Origin: Squalus acanthias
Lineage: Eukaryota
NCBI GenBank assembly: GCA_030390025.1
Contig: JASTWF010000033.1
Location: 6,574,001 to 6,638,000 of the forward strand
DNA length: 64,000 nucleotides
Reading direction: 5' to 3'
A program made the position numbers and the translations under genes. The notes under the pieces are model-generated. The model searched no databases, had not been told where the DNA came from, and saw only the letters and a program-made list of their open reading frames with translations. Every line of letters begins with the position of its first letter. The first letter of the stretch is position 1. This document shows positions 36,983 through 48,998 of the stretch, piece after piece.

Positions 36983-39900
36983 GGCTCAGGTTCTCGGATC
37001 CGAGTCAGAAGGTTTAAGTCCCACTTCAGCGACTTGAGTACAAAAATCTAGGCTAACAATCCAGTGCAGTACTGTGGGATCGCTGCAGTGTCGGAAGCGC
37101 TGTATTGAGGGATCGCTGCAATGTTTGAGCTGCAGTACTGAAAGATCGCTGCACTGTTGGAGAGGCTGTACTGAGGGAGCGCTGCAGTGTTGGCGGGGCT
37201 GTACTGGGGGAGCGCTGCAGTGTTGGAGGGATTGTACTGAGGGAGCGCTGCAGTGCTGGAGGGGCAATATTGAGGGAGCACCGCACTCTCGACAGGCAGT
37301 ACTGAGGGAGCGCTGCACTGTCAGAGCGGAAGTACTGAGGGAGCGCCGCACTTTCCGAGGGTCAGTACCGAGGTAGCGTTGCACTGTCGGAGGGGCAATA
37401 CTGAGGGAGCGCATCACTGTCTGACGGGCAGTACTGAGATAGCGCTGCCGTGTCGGAGGGGCAGTACCGATGGAGAGCCGCACAGTCCGAGGGGCAGTAT
37501 TGAGGTAGCGCTGCCCTGTCGGAGGGGCAGTACTGAGGGGGAGCCGCATTGTCCGAGGGGCAGTACTGATGTAGCACTACATTGTCGGAGGGGCAGCATT
37601 GAGGGAGAGCTGCACTGTCTGAGGGTCAGTATTGAGGGAGCGCTTCAGTGTTGGAGGGGCAGTACTGAGGGGGAGCCGCATTGTCCGAGAGGCAGTACAG
37701 AGGCAGCGCTGCAATATTGGAGGGGCGGTACTCAGGGAGAGCTGCAGTGTTGGAGTAGCAGTACTGAGGGAGCTCTGCACTGTCAGAGAGGCAGTACTGA
37801 GGTTGCGCTGCACTGTTGGAGGCGCAGTACTGAGGGAGCGTTGCACTGTCTGAGGGGCTGTAGTGAGGTAGCGCTGCACTGTCAGAGGGGGAATACTGAG
37901 TCAGCGCGTCACTGTCTGAGGGGCAGTACTGAGGAAGCGCTGCAGTGTCGGAGGGGCAGTACCGATGGAGAGCCGCACTGTCAGAGGGGCAGTATTGAGG
38001 TAGCACTGCCCTGTCGGAGGGGCAGTACCGATGGAGAGCCGCACTTTCCGAGAGGCAGTATTGAGATAGCGCTGCCCTGTCGGAGGGGCAATACTGAGGG
38101 GGAGCCGCATTGTCCGAGGGGCAGTATTGAGGTAGCGCTGCCCTGTCGGAGGGGCAGTACTGAGGGGGAGCCGCATTGTCCGAGGGGCAGTACTGATGTA
38201 GCACTACATTGTCGGAGGGGCAGCATTGAGGGAGAGCTGCACTGTCTGAGGGTCAGTATTGAGGGAGCGCTTCAGTGTTGGAGGGGCAGTACTGAGGGGG
38301 AGCCGCATTGTCCGAGAGGCAGTACAGAGGCAGCGCTGCAATATTGGAGGGGCGGTACTCAGGGAGAGCTGCAGTGTTGGAGTAGCAGTACTGAGGGAGC
38401 TCTGCACTGTCAGAGAGGCAGTACTGAGGTTGCGCTGCACTGTTGGAGGCGCAGTACTGAGGGAGCGTTGCACTGTCTGAGGGGCTGTAGTGAGGTAGCG
38501 CTGCACTGTCAGAGGGGGAATACTGAGTCAGCGCGTCACTGTCTGAGGGGCAGTACTGAGGAAGCGCTGCAGTGTCGGAGGGGCAGTACCGATGGAGAGC
38601 CGCACTGTCAGAGGGGCAGTATTGAGGTAGCACTGCCCTGTCGGAGGGGCAGTACCGATGGAGAGCCGCACTTTCCGAGAGGCAGTATTGAGATAGCGCT
38701 GCCCTGTCGGAGGGGCAATACTGAGGGGGAGCCGCATTGTCCGAGGGGCAGTATTGAGGTAGCGCTGCCCTGTCGGAGGGGCAGTACTGAGGGGGAGCCG
38801 CATTGTCCGAGGGGCAGTACTGAGGTAGCACTACATTGTCGGAGGGGCAGTACTGAGGGAGAGCTGTACTGTCCGAGGGGCAGTACTGAGATAGCCCTGC
38901 ACTGTCATAGAGCCAGTGTGAGTGAGCGCTGCATAGTCGGAAGGGTAGTACTGAGGGATGATGCATTGTTGAAGCGGCTGTACTGAGCGAGCGCTGCACT
39001 GTCGGAGGGGAGGTACTAAGGGAGCGCCGAACTGTCGGAGGGGAGGTACTGAGGAAGTGCCGCACTGTCCGAGGGGTTGTACTGAGGTAGCGCTGCACTG
39101 TTGGAGGGCCAGTACTGAGGGAGCGCTGCAGTGTTGGAGGGGCAGTACTGAGGTAGCGCTGCAGTGTCGGAGGGCCAGTACTGAGGGAGCGCTGCAGTGT
39201 TGGAGGGGCAGTACTGAGGGATGGCCGCACTGTCCGGGAGGCAGTACTGAGGCAGCGCTGCACTGTTGGAGGATGGGTACTGATGGAGCGCTGCAGTGTT
39301 GGAGGGGCAGTACTGAGGGAGCGCCGCACTGTCCGAGAGGCAGTACTGAGGCAGCGCTGCACTGTTGTAGGCGCAATACTGAGGGAGCGCCGCACTGTCC
39401 GAGGGGCAGTAGCGAGGTAGCGCTGCACTGTCGGAGGGGCAGTACTGAGGGAGCGCCGCACTGTCCGAGGGGCAGTAGCGAGATAGCGCTGCACTGTCGG
39501 AGGGGCAGTACTGAGGGAGCGCCGCACTGTCCGAGAGGCAGTACTGAGGCAGCGCTGCACTGTTTTAGGCGCAATACTGAGGGAGCGCCGCACTGTCTGA
39601 GGGGCAGTACTGAGGTAGCGCTGCACTGTCGAAGGGGCAGTACTGAGGGGGAGCCGCATTGTACGAGGGGCAGTACTGACGTAGAACTATATTGTCGTTG
39701 CGACATTATTGTTGGAGAGCTGCACTGTCCGAGGGCCAGTACTGAGGTAGCGCTGCACTGTCGGAGGGTCAATACTGAGGGATCGCAGCAGTGTTGGATG
39801 GGCAGTACTGAGGGTTTGCAGCAGTGTATGAGGAGCAGTAGTGAGGGAGCGCTGCACTGTCGGAAGTGCCGCCTTTCAAACCAAGACCCCAACTGTTCTC

Positions 39901-40150
39901 TAAGCTAGACGTAAAAGATCCCATGACCAGATTAGAAGAAGAGCAGCGGAGTTATCCCCGGTGTTTTGGCCAATATTTATCTTAATCAATATCACTAAAC
40001 ATTGTTGTTTGTGGGAGCTTGCTTTGCGCAAATTGGCTGCCGCATTTCCTATGGTACAACAGTGACTACACTTCAAATGTACTCCATTGGCTTTAATGCA
40101 CTTTGGGACATCCCAAGGTCGTGAAAGCATGAATGCAAGTCTTTCTTTCT
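36983..40150 (+). mobile_element. DeuSINE whose internal 33-bp segment is expanded into a tandem array
   Basis: tRNA-like head (GGCTCAG; B-box-like GGTTTAAGTCC at ~37011). The body resumes at ~39866 (GTGCCGCCTTTC..AAAGATCCCATG..) and continues to an L2-type tail. Confidence 0.8.
37066..39865. repeat. 33-bp tandem array (~85 units; GAGGGGCAGTACTGAGGGAGCGCTGCACTGTCG) with a 627-bp higher-order duplication
   Basis: Direct periodicity. Identical ORFs occur at a 627-bp offset (37577/38204, 37901/38528). Confidence 0.97.
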
Positions 40151-40229
40151 TAACTGTAACTTTCAAAAGGTAATTGGATATATACTTGAAAAGGAGAAAT
40201 TGTTAGGGCTATGGGGAAGCGGCTGAACT

Positions 40230-42152
40230 GTTTATCACCAATTAAGAAAAAGGGAAACACTAGAATATGAGAGAAAACCAGACAGAAATATAAAAGCAGA
40301 TTGTAAAATCTTCTACAAGTATGTAAGAAGGGAAAGTGTGACAAAAGTAATCGTTGGTCCCTTAAAGGCTGAGACAGGAGAAATTATTATGGGGAATAAG
40401 GAAATGGAAGAAACGTTACACAGATATGTTCTACCTGTCTTCACAGTAGAAATAAACAAAATGCATTCAAAAAATGGCGTGGTACCAAGAGTCTAATGAG
40501 GGTGCAGAATTTAACGTAATTAGTATAAGTGGACAAAAAAGTACGAGAGAAACTAATGGATCAAAAAGTCGCTAAAGCCCCTGGATTGACGGCCTGCATA
40601 CTAGGGTTCTAAAAAAGGCGGCTGAAGAGATAGTGGATGCATTGGTTTTGATCTTCCAAAATCACCTAGAATCTGGCATGGTGCAAGCGGAATGAAAGGT
40701 CGCAAATGTAACACCGCTATTCAAGAAAGGAGGGAGTGAAAAAACAGGTTACTAGAGGACAGTTAGCCTGACATCAGTCGTCGGTAAAATGCTGGAATCC
40801 ATTGTTAAGTAAGTGGTATCAAGTCACTTAGAAAATCATAACAAGATTCGGCAGAATCAACATGGTTTTATGAAAGGGAACTCATGTTTGACAAATTTAA
40901 TAGAGATTTTTGAGTATGAAACTAGCAGGGTAGATAAAGGGGAAGCATTGGATGTTGTGTATTTGTATTTCCAAAAGGCATTCGATAAAGTGCCACATAA
41001 AAGGCTATTGCACAGGATTAGGGCTCATGGGGTTGGGGATAATATAGTAGCATCGAAAGAGGATTGGTTACGGGACAGGAAACAGATAGTAGGGATAAAA
41101 GGATCGTTTTCAGGTTGGCAGGCTGTAACTGGTGGGGTGCCGCAAGGATCAGTGTTGGGGCCTTAGCTATTTACAATCTATATTGATGACCTAGATGAAG
41201 TGACCGAGTGTAAAGTATACAAGTTTGCAGAAGATACAAAGCTAGGTGGGACAGTAAGCTGTGAGGAGAACACAAATAGTCTTCAAAGGGCTATAGATAG
41301 ACTAAGTGAGTGGCCAGTAAGGTGGCAGATGGAGTATAATGTAGGGAAATGTGAGGTTATTCACTTTGGTAGGAAGAATAGAAAAACAGAACATTTTTTA
41401 AATGGTGAGAAAAAGTCAAATGTTGGTGTTGCGAGAGATCTGGCTGTCCTCGTGCAAGAAACACAGAAAGTTAGCATGCAGATGCAACAAGCAGTAAGGA
41501 AGGCAAATGGCATGTTGGCCTTTATTGCAAGGGAGTTCGAGTATAAGAGTAAGGAAGTCTTGCTATAAATGTTCAGGGCCTTGGTGAGATCACACCTGGA
41601 GTACGATGCACAGTTCTCCTCTCCTTATATAAGGAAGGATATACTTGCCTTGGAGGCCATGCAACGAAGGTTCACTAGATTCATTCCTGGGATAAGAGGG
41701 CTGTCCTATGACGAGAGATTGTTTAGAATGGGCCTATTCTCTCTGGAGTTTAGAAGAATGAGAGGTGATCTCATTGAAACATAAAAGATGCTGAAGGGGA
41801 TTGACAGGGTAGATGCTGAGAGATTGTTTCCCCTGTCTGGAGAGTCCAGAACTCGGGGGGCATAGTCTCAGGATAAGGGGTCGGCCATTTAAGACTGAGA
41901 TAAGGAAGAATTTCTCCACTCAGAGGGATGTGAATATTTGGAATTCTCTGCCCCAGAGGGCTGTGAATGCTAAGTCTTTGATTATATATTCAAGGCTGAG
42001 ATGGATAGATTTCTGGACTCTTGGGGAATCAAGGGATTTGGAGATCACACGGGAAAGTGGAGTTCAGGTCGATTATCAGCCATGATCTTATTGACTTGTG
42101 GAGCAGGTTAAAGGGGCCGTATGGCCTACTCCTTCTCTTATTTCTTATGATT
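40230..42152 (+). mobile_element. CR1 LINE ORF2 fragment
   Basis: QHGFMKGNSCLTNL, FQKAFDKVPH, GVPQGSVLGP and NIWNSLPQRAV motifs. Confidence 0.92.
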
Positions 42153-42159
42153 ATGCTCG

Positions 42160-42830
42160 CACTGTCACGACAGGCTAAGACAGGTTGGTTTCGGCATCAC
42201 TTACCTTTGTCTAATTTCATCCCATTGAGCTCCATTGTAGTGCCACATGATACGATGGAGGATGTAATCAGGGTGAAGGCGAGACTTCTTCACCACAGAT
42301 ATTGTGCAGTGGTAAGCCATACTTATATCGTCATGGACAGCTACTTATGCGATAGGTAGGTTGGTGTGGACGACGTCAAGCCGGATGTTATCTCATGTTG
42401 GTTCTCCCACCACCTGCCCAAACCCAGTCTGGCAGCTGTGTTCTTCAGGATTCAGTTAATGATGGTACTTCCGAGTCACCCTTAGTGATGGACATTGACG
42501 TTTCCCCCTCCCGACCAGCGTATATTTTGCGCCCTTTCTCCTCTCGGTGCTCCCATCAACTGGTGTTCAGCATGAAAATGTGCCGATCATCAGCTGAGGG
42601 AGGGTAGTAGGAGGTAATCAGCAGGAAGTTACCTTTGCCCAAGTCAGACCTGAAGCCATGAGACTTCGTTATGTCTATAGACAATGTTGAGGACTCGAAA
42701 GGTTTCTCCCTCCCGACTGTATACCCCTGTGCCGCCACCTCTGGTGGGTCTATGCAGACCCTGGGATGGCGATGGAGGATTCGGGACAGTTGACTGACCG
42801 CTGTGGTTCTCTGAGTATGACTCTGCGAGA
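42160..42830 (-). mobile_element. Degenerate LINE endonuclease fragment of another family
   Basis: GKGNFLLITSYYPPSAD-like APE motif on the minus strand. Confidence 0.55.
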
Positions 42831-43063
42831 ATTCAATGTCTCCAGAGCATTTCATGGAGTATTGAGGTGCTTACAGGGTATTTATCTCCTGAGTTAATAT
42901 TTTAAACAATTACCTTTCATTTCTTGGAAACAATCATTTGCTCTTTTTATTTATTCTTCCCCTCGGTAAAACACGATGACATGTTTGACTGGGTAAGGAC
43001 ACTCTTTAGAAGCATGTTTTTCTTGTCCTTGTTCTAGTTTCAGGCAAAAGAGAAATGAGCTGC

Positions 43064-43245
43064 GAATTAAATTCCTGGACTGAGGCTGGAGAAGCGTAAT
43101 CTAGGCGGCCCTGGGAATTAAATTCCTGGACTGAGGCGGGAGCAGTGTAATCTCGGCGTCCCTGGGAATGAAATTCCTGGACTGAGGTGGGAGCAGTTTA
43201 ATTTAGGCGGCCCTGGGAAATAAATTCCTGGATTGAGGCGGGATC
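43064..43245. repeat. ~51-bp tandem repeat (~3.5 copies)
   Basis: AATTCCTGGA(C/T)TGAGG recurs four times. Confidence 0.9.
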
Positions 43246-43439
43246 AATGTCATGTAAGCGAGTCCAATAGTTCCATCACTGGTATCATCTCTAAGACCTT
43301 GCTGTTTAGGATCATTTATTTATTATTTTTTTATCCTGATGGCCTGGTATGGAATAAATCCGAGTCTAAGAGTGGGGAAATCGAATTTTTTCAAGGATCT
43401 GCAAAGTGGGATCCTAAACGGAGTGGTTCTAAACAGTGT

Positions 43440-46400
43440 GGTAACGTTGTGAATTTGGAGAGAGTAGGAATTAGGGTCAGAGGGGGAAGGAGGAGAGAGC
43501 CAGCGAAGCGGCTGGATATAAAGGTAGGCCGGAGAACCCGGAGCCGGGAGCGAGCGCAAGGAGCGAAGTAAGTGACGTCAGCACAAGGGAAGACGCTGAA
43601 AAGATTAGAAATGGTGAGTAGATGGAGATTTTTTTTAAGTCTTGACTTTAATTCTGTTAAGTTAGTTAATAGTCTATTAAATAGAGGCATGGCAGTGCAT
43701 CTTAGTCCATTGGAATGCACACCTTGTGCCATGTTGGAACCCCAGGATCCTTCCCATGGGTTTTGGAGATTAAGCAGCAGCTGGCGTCACTGCGTTGCAT
43801 CCGTCAGGCTGAGAGTTACGTGGATAGCATGTTTCAGGAGGTGGTGATCCCGCAGCATAAGAGTGTGCAGGCAGAGAGGGAAAGGGTGCCCGTCAGACAG
43901 ACAAGGAGGACCAGGCAGGTAGTGCAGGAGTCCCCTGAGTGCATTTCACTCTCTAACCGGTATTCTATGGTTCCACTGGGGAGTACAGACAGAGCAAAGT
44001 CCACGGCACCACAGGTGGCTCAGCTATACAGGGTGGTGGGGAAAGCAATAGTGGTAGGGCATTCGATAATTAGGGGGACAGGCTTTTCTCCAGCTGCAGA
44101 CGTGATTCCAGGGTGATATGTTGCCTCCATGGTGCCAGGGTCAAGGATGCTGAGTGGCTGCAGGACATTCCGAGGGGGGAGCGTGAACAGACTGAGATCG
44201 TGGTCCATATCGGTACCAACGACATAGGCAGAAAGAGGGATGTGCTCTTGTAAAATGCTAGGGAAGAGATTAAAAAGCATGATCTCAAAGGCAGTAATCT
44301 CTGGATTACTCCCGGTGCCACGAGCTAGTGAATATAGAAATAGCGGGGTAGAGCAGATGAATGCGTGTCTGGAGAGATGGCGCAGGAGGGAGGGCTTTAG
44401 ATTCCTGGGATATGGGGGCCGGTTCTGTGGGAGGTGGGACCTGCAGAGTCTGGACGGGTTGCACCTCAACAGAACTGGGACCAATGCTCTTACGAGGGGT
44501 GGGAGGGGCGTGCTAGAGCTATTGGGGAGGGTTAAAACTAATCTTCCAGAGAGTTGGGCACCAGGACTTTGCATTAGAAAGGTGAAACAAGGTGCACAAT
44601 GGATTGGGAGAGAGAGGTAGAAGTAGAGTATGAAATAGTACGGTATTAGGTGGTTTCAGACTAAGAGAGAATCCAAGAAAGTCTAAGATAGAAACAGGAA
44701 ATGCTGGAAACACTCAGCAAGTAAGGCTGCATCTGTGGGCAGAGAAACATCGTTAACGTTTCCGGTCTGTGGCCCTTCGTCAGAACTGGACAAAGTAAGA
44801 GATGCAACAGATTGTAAACAGGTGCAGAGGCAGGGAAAAGAGGAGGAGAGGAAATAACAAAAGGGACGGTCTGTGATAGGGTGGGAGGCAGGAGTCGTAA
44901 ATGTTGCAAATGGGGATGGCAGAATCATCAACAGCTGCCACCTGAGCTGCTGTCAGAGTGGGAATGGAGCGGAGAATGAAAGTGACAAGCGTTCCACTCT
45001 CAATCTGACCTTTCTGTCCTCGGCCTCTTACAACGTAAGCTCGAGGAACAGCACCACATCTTTGTATTAGGTCCTTTACTGCCTTCTGGACTCAACATTG
45101 AGCTCAACAATTTCAGACCATAACCCCTGTTTAATCAGGTGGCAGCTGTTGATGATTCTGCCATTCCCATTGCAACACTCCTGCTTCACACCCTATCACA
45201 GACCATCCCTTTTGTTCTTACCTCCCCCCGTTCCCTGCCCATGCACCTGCTTAAAACCTGTTACATCTCTAACTTTATCCAGTTCTGTCGAAGTATCACA
45301 GACTTGAAACGTTAACTCTGTTTTTCTCTCCTGACCTGCTGAGTGTATCCAGCATTCTCTGTTGTTATTTCAGGTTTCCAGCACCGCAGCATTTTGCTAT
45401 TGTAAGGTCGACGATAGGTTTACAGTGCATGTATGTAAACGCACCAAGTGCGGTAAATAAGGTTGGTGAGCTGCAGGCGCAAATAGCCACATAGGGAAAT
45501 GTTGTCGAGGCGATAAAAGAGACCTGGCTCAAACAAGGGCAGGATTGGGTACGAAATATTCCTGGATATATGATGTACGGGAAAAAAAGTGCAGGAAATA
45601 AAGGAGCTGGTGTGGCAGCAGTATTAATTAAGTAGAACGTTACAGTGCTGGAAAGAGTGGATGTCCGGGAGGGGTCAAGAACAGAATCTATTTGTTTGGA
45701 GTTAAGCAACAATAGTGGTTCCATTACACTACTAGGTGTATTCTATAGTCCACCAACTAGTGGAAAAGATATGGAGCAGCAAATTTGCAGAGAAATCACA
45801 GAGAGGTGGAATAAATACAGAGTAGTGATAATGGGGGACTTCAATTATCCTAATATAAACGGAGATAGTTATAGAATAAAAGGCAGAGGTGGAGAAGAAT
45901 TTCTGAAGTGAATTCAAGAGAACTTTCTTGATTGGTGGATTTCTGGCCCAAAGATGAAGGAGGCATTGCTGGATCTGGTTCTGAGGAATGAGATAGATGA
46001 AGTCGTGCAAGTGTCAGTAAGGGAACATTTAGGGAACAGTGATCATAGTAGCATAAGGTTTAGATTAGCTATGGAAAAATGACAGGGAGCAATCTAGTGT
46101 AAAAATACTTAATTGGAGGAGGGCCAGCTTCAGTAGTTTGACAATGCAGCTGGCCCGGGTAAATTCGAATCAAAGATTATAATGCAAAACTGTAATCGAA
46201 CAATGGGCTGCCTTTAAAGAAGAGATGATTCAGGTACAATCGAGGTACATTCCCACGAGGGCGAAAGGTAGGGGAACCAAAGCCAGAGCTCCTTGGATGA
46301 GGAAAGAGACACAGAGTAAGAGGAAGCAGAGAAAGGGGGCGTTTGATAGATGACAAGTTTAGAATACAAGTGAGAACCAGGCTGAATATAGACATTTCAG

Positions 46401-48285
46401 AGAGGAAGTGAAAAAGGAAATAAGTGGGGCAAAAAGAGAATATGAACATAGATTGGCAGCAAACTTAAAATGGAATCCAAAATCTTCTGTAGGCATATAA
46501 ATAGTAAATGGGCAGTAATGGGGCCGATTAAGGACCAAAAAGGTGACCTACGAATGGAGGTAGAGGACATGGCTGAGATACTAAATGAATACTTTGCATC
46601 TGTCTTTAACAAGGAAGAAACTGTTGCCAAAGTCAAAGTCAAAGAGGATGTAGTTCAGATGGTGGATCGGCTAAAAATTGATAATGACGAAATACTACAA
46701 AATCTGGTTGTACTTAAAGTGGATAAGTCACCAGGAGCGGATGGGATGCATCCGAACCTGCTGAGGGAGGCAAGGGTGGAAATTGTGGACGTACATAATC
46801 TTCCAATCTTCCTTAGAAAGGGTGTTGTGCCAGACGACTGGAGAATTGCAAATGTTACATCCTTGTTCAGAAAAGGGTGTAAGGATAAACCCAGCAACAA
46901 CAGGACAGTCAGAATAACCATGGTGGTTGGGAAGCTTTTAGAAACGATAATCCGGGGCAAAATTAACAGTGTGGACAGGTGTGGGTTATCAAGGAAAGCC
47001 TGCTCGGATTTGTCAAAGGCAAATCATGTTTAAGCAACCTGACGGAGTATTTTGCTAATATAACAGAGAGGTATGGTGAGGGCAATGCAGTTGACGTGGT
47101 GTAAATGGACTTCAAAAAGGCGTTTTATAAAGTGCCACTTAATAGGCTTTCCAGCAAAGTTGAAGCCCATGGAATAAAAGGGACATTGGCAGCATGGATA
47201 CGAAATTGGTCCATTGACAGGAAACAGAGAGTAGTGGTGAACGGTTATTTTCCAGACTGGAGGAAGATATACAGTAGCTTTGCCCTGGGGTCGGTGCTAG
47301 GTCCACTGCTTTTCTTGCTTTATATTTATGAGTTGGACTTGGTTGTACAGCGCACAATTTCGACATTTGCTGATGACAGAACACTTGGAAGTATAGTGAA
47401 CAGTGAGGCATATCGTGATAGACTTGAAGAGGACATAGATAGGCTGATGGAATGGGCGGACACGTGGCAGATTCAATGTAACGCAGAAAAGTGTGAATGA
47501 TACATTTTGTTCGGAAGAATGAGGAGAGGCAATAAAAACTATAGGGCCCAATTCTAAAGGGGGTGAATGAACAGACAGACCTGGGGGTATATGGGCACAA
47601 ATCGTTGAATGTGGCAGGGTAGGTTGAGAAAGCGGTTAAAAAAGCCTGCGGGATCCTGGGCTTCATAAACAGAGGCATAGAATGCATAAAAAACGAAGTT
47701 ATGATGAACCTTTATAAAACACTGTATCGGCCTCAACTGGAGTACTTTGTCCAATTCTGGGCACCGCACTTCAGGAAGGATGGGAAGGCCTTAGACAGGG
47801 TGCTGAAAGGATTTACAGGAATGGTTCCAGGACTGAGGGACTTCAGTTACGTGGACAGACTGCAAACGCTGGGGTTGTTCTCATTAGAGCAGAGAAGTTG
47901 GTGGGGAGATTTTATAGAGTTCAAAATCATAAGGTGTCTGGACAGAGTACATAGAGAGAAACTGTTCCCATTGGCGGAAAGGTCGCGAATCATAGGACAC
48001 AGACTTAAGGTGATTGGCAGAAGAACCAAAGGTGACATGAGGAAAATCTTTTTTTGCGCAGCGAGTGGTTATGATCTGTAATGCACTGCCTGAACGGGTG
48101 GTGGAAGCAGAATCAATCGGGGCTTTCAAATGGAAATGGATAAGTAGCTGAAGGAGAAAAAACTGCAGGGCTACGGGGAAAGGGCGGGGATCTGGGACTA
48201 GCTGAAGTGCTCTTGCAGAGAGCCGGCACGTACTCGGCGGGCCGAATGACCTCCTTGTGTTCTGTAACCATTCTATGATTTTATC
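43440..48285 (+). mobile_element. Near full-length decayed CR1 (5'UTR, ORF1 from ATG 43689, ORF2), interrupted by a Penelope insert
   Basis: ORF1 CxxC start and esterase motifs (HIGTND, DGLHLN), then EN and RT motifs and the CCATTCTATGATT tail. The 5' boundary is approximate. Confidence 0.88.
44692..45403. mobile_element. Penelope insertion with inverted terminal-repeat structure; hammerhead motifs at 44752-44789 (-) and 45281-45317 (+)
   Basis: Arms ~44692-44945 and ~45135-45363 are inverted, with a perfect 30-bp match 44916-44945 / 45135-45164. Degenerate 14-bp TSD (11/14). Confidence 0.85.
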
Positions 48286-48740
48286 TCTTAAGAAATAAAG
48301 ACTTGCATTTTCATAGCGCCTTCTGATTCAGAGGCCAGTGTGCTACCCACTGAGCCACAGCTAACACTTTATTCCTTCCTTCTTTCTGTAACTTTCTCGT
48401 CTTTTGCTCACAGCTTTAGGTCAACACAGGAAGAAAAACACCATTCTCTCTGTTCTGTCCTCGGTAATTTTAGACTCTAAAGGAATGAAGGGTAATGGGG
48501 ATCGGGGAGGGGGTGGGTGGTAATGTGGATTTCAGGTCGAAGATCAACCATGATCTTATATAATGGCAGAGCAGGCTCGAAGTGCCGTATGGTCTACTGC
48601 TGCTCCTAATTATTATATTCTTACGTTTATGGGCGGGTGAAATATTGCACATTTGTTCACTTTTAATTTGAAACTGCGTACTGTAAGGTGAGCTACATTG
48701 TGTTGTAGTAAAGTGTTGTGGTGACAATGGCTCAATTAGT

Positions 48741-48830
48741 CTGTTTGTTCAACGATTGTAATTAAGGCCAGTTACAGTGAGGCCTAATGATGTCACTCGG
48801 GGATTTCTCTCTGCTCTAAATAAGGAGCTC
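48741..48830 (+). promoter_or_regulatory. Putative promoter of proximal GPCR first exon
   Basis: CTGTTTGTTCA..GATTGTAATTAA is homologous to 24832-24856. TATA-like CTAAATAA at ~48816. Confidence 0.5.
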
Positions 48831-48907
48831 CCTTCATTGTGTGACCTCACATAGTCAGCGCGCTGCCACCAGCACAAATACCACCAGACACTCACAGAAG
48901 GGAAGGC

Positions 48908-48998
48908 ATGGATTGGGGTGAAGTATTCTGGATATTAGGAATATGTTATGATATGCGAAAGATTTACTGTCCCCTCCTCCTTGCTTTTGGTGTTTCTA
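48908..48998 (+). CDS. Candidate first coding exon (proximal, 1b) of the GPR139-like GPCR, 30 aa
   Basis: MDWGEVFWILGICYDMRKIYCPLLLAFGVS-A|GTGAGG. Homologous to exon 1a, phase 1, weaker donor. Confidence 0.6.

Noticed and set aside
37066..39865. 33-bp array as a CRISPR array, or the 535/468/353-aa ORFs as Cys/His metal-binding proteins
   Set aside because: Units are head-to-tail with no unique spacers and there are no cas genes. The ORFs arise because the unit is 11 codons and derives from a SINE.
48320..48368. tRNA gene
   Set aside because: Only an A-box-containing SINE head fragment on the minus strand; there is no complete cloverleaf.
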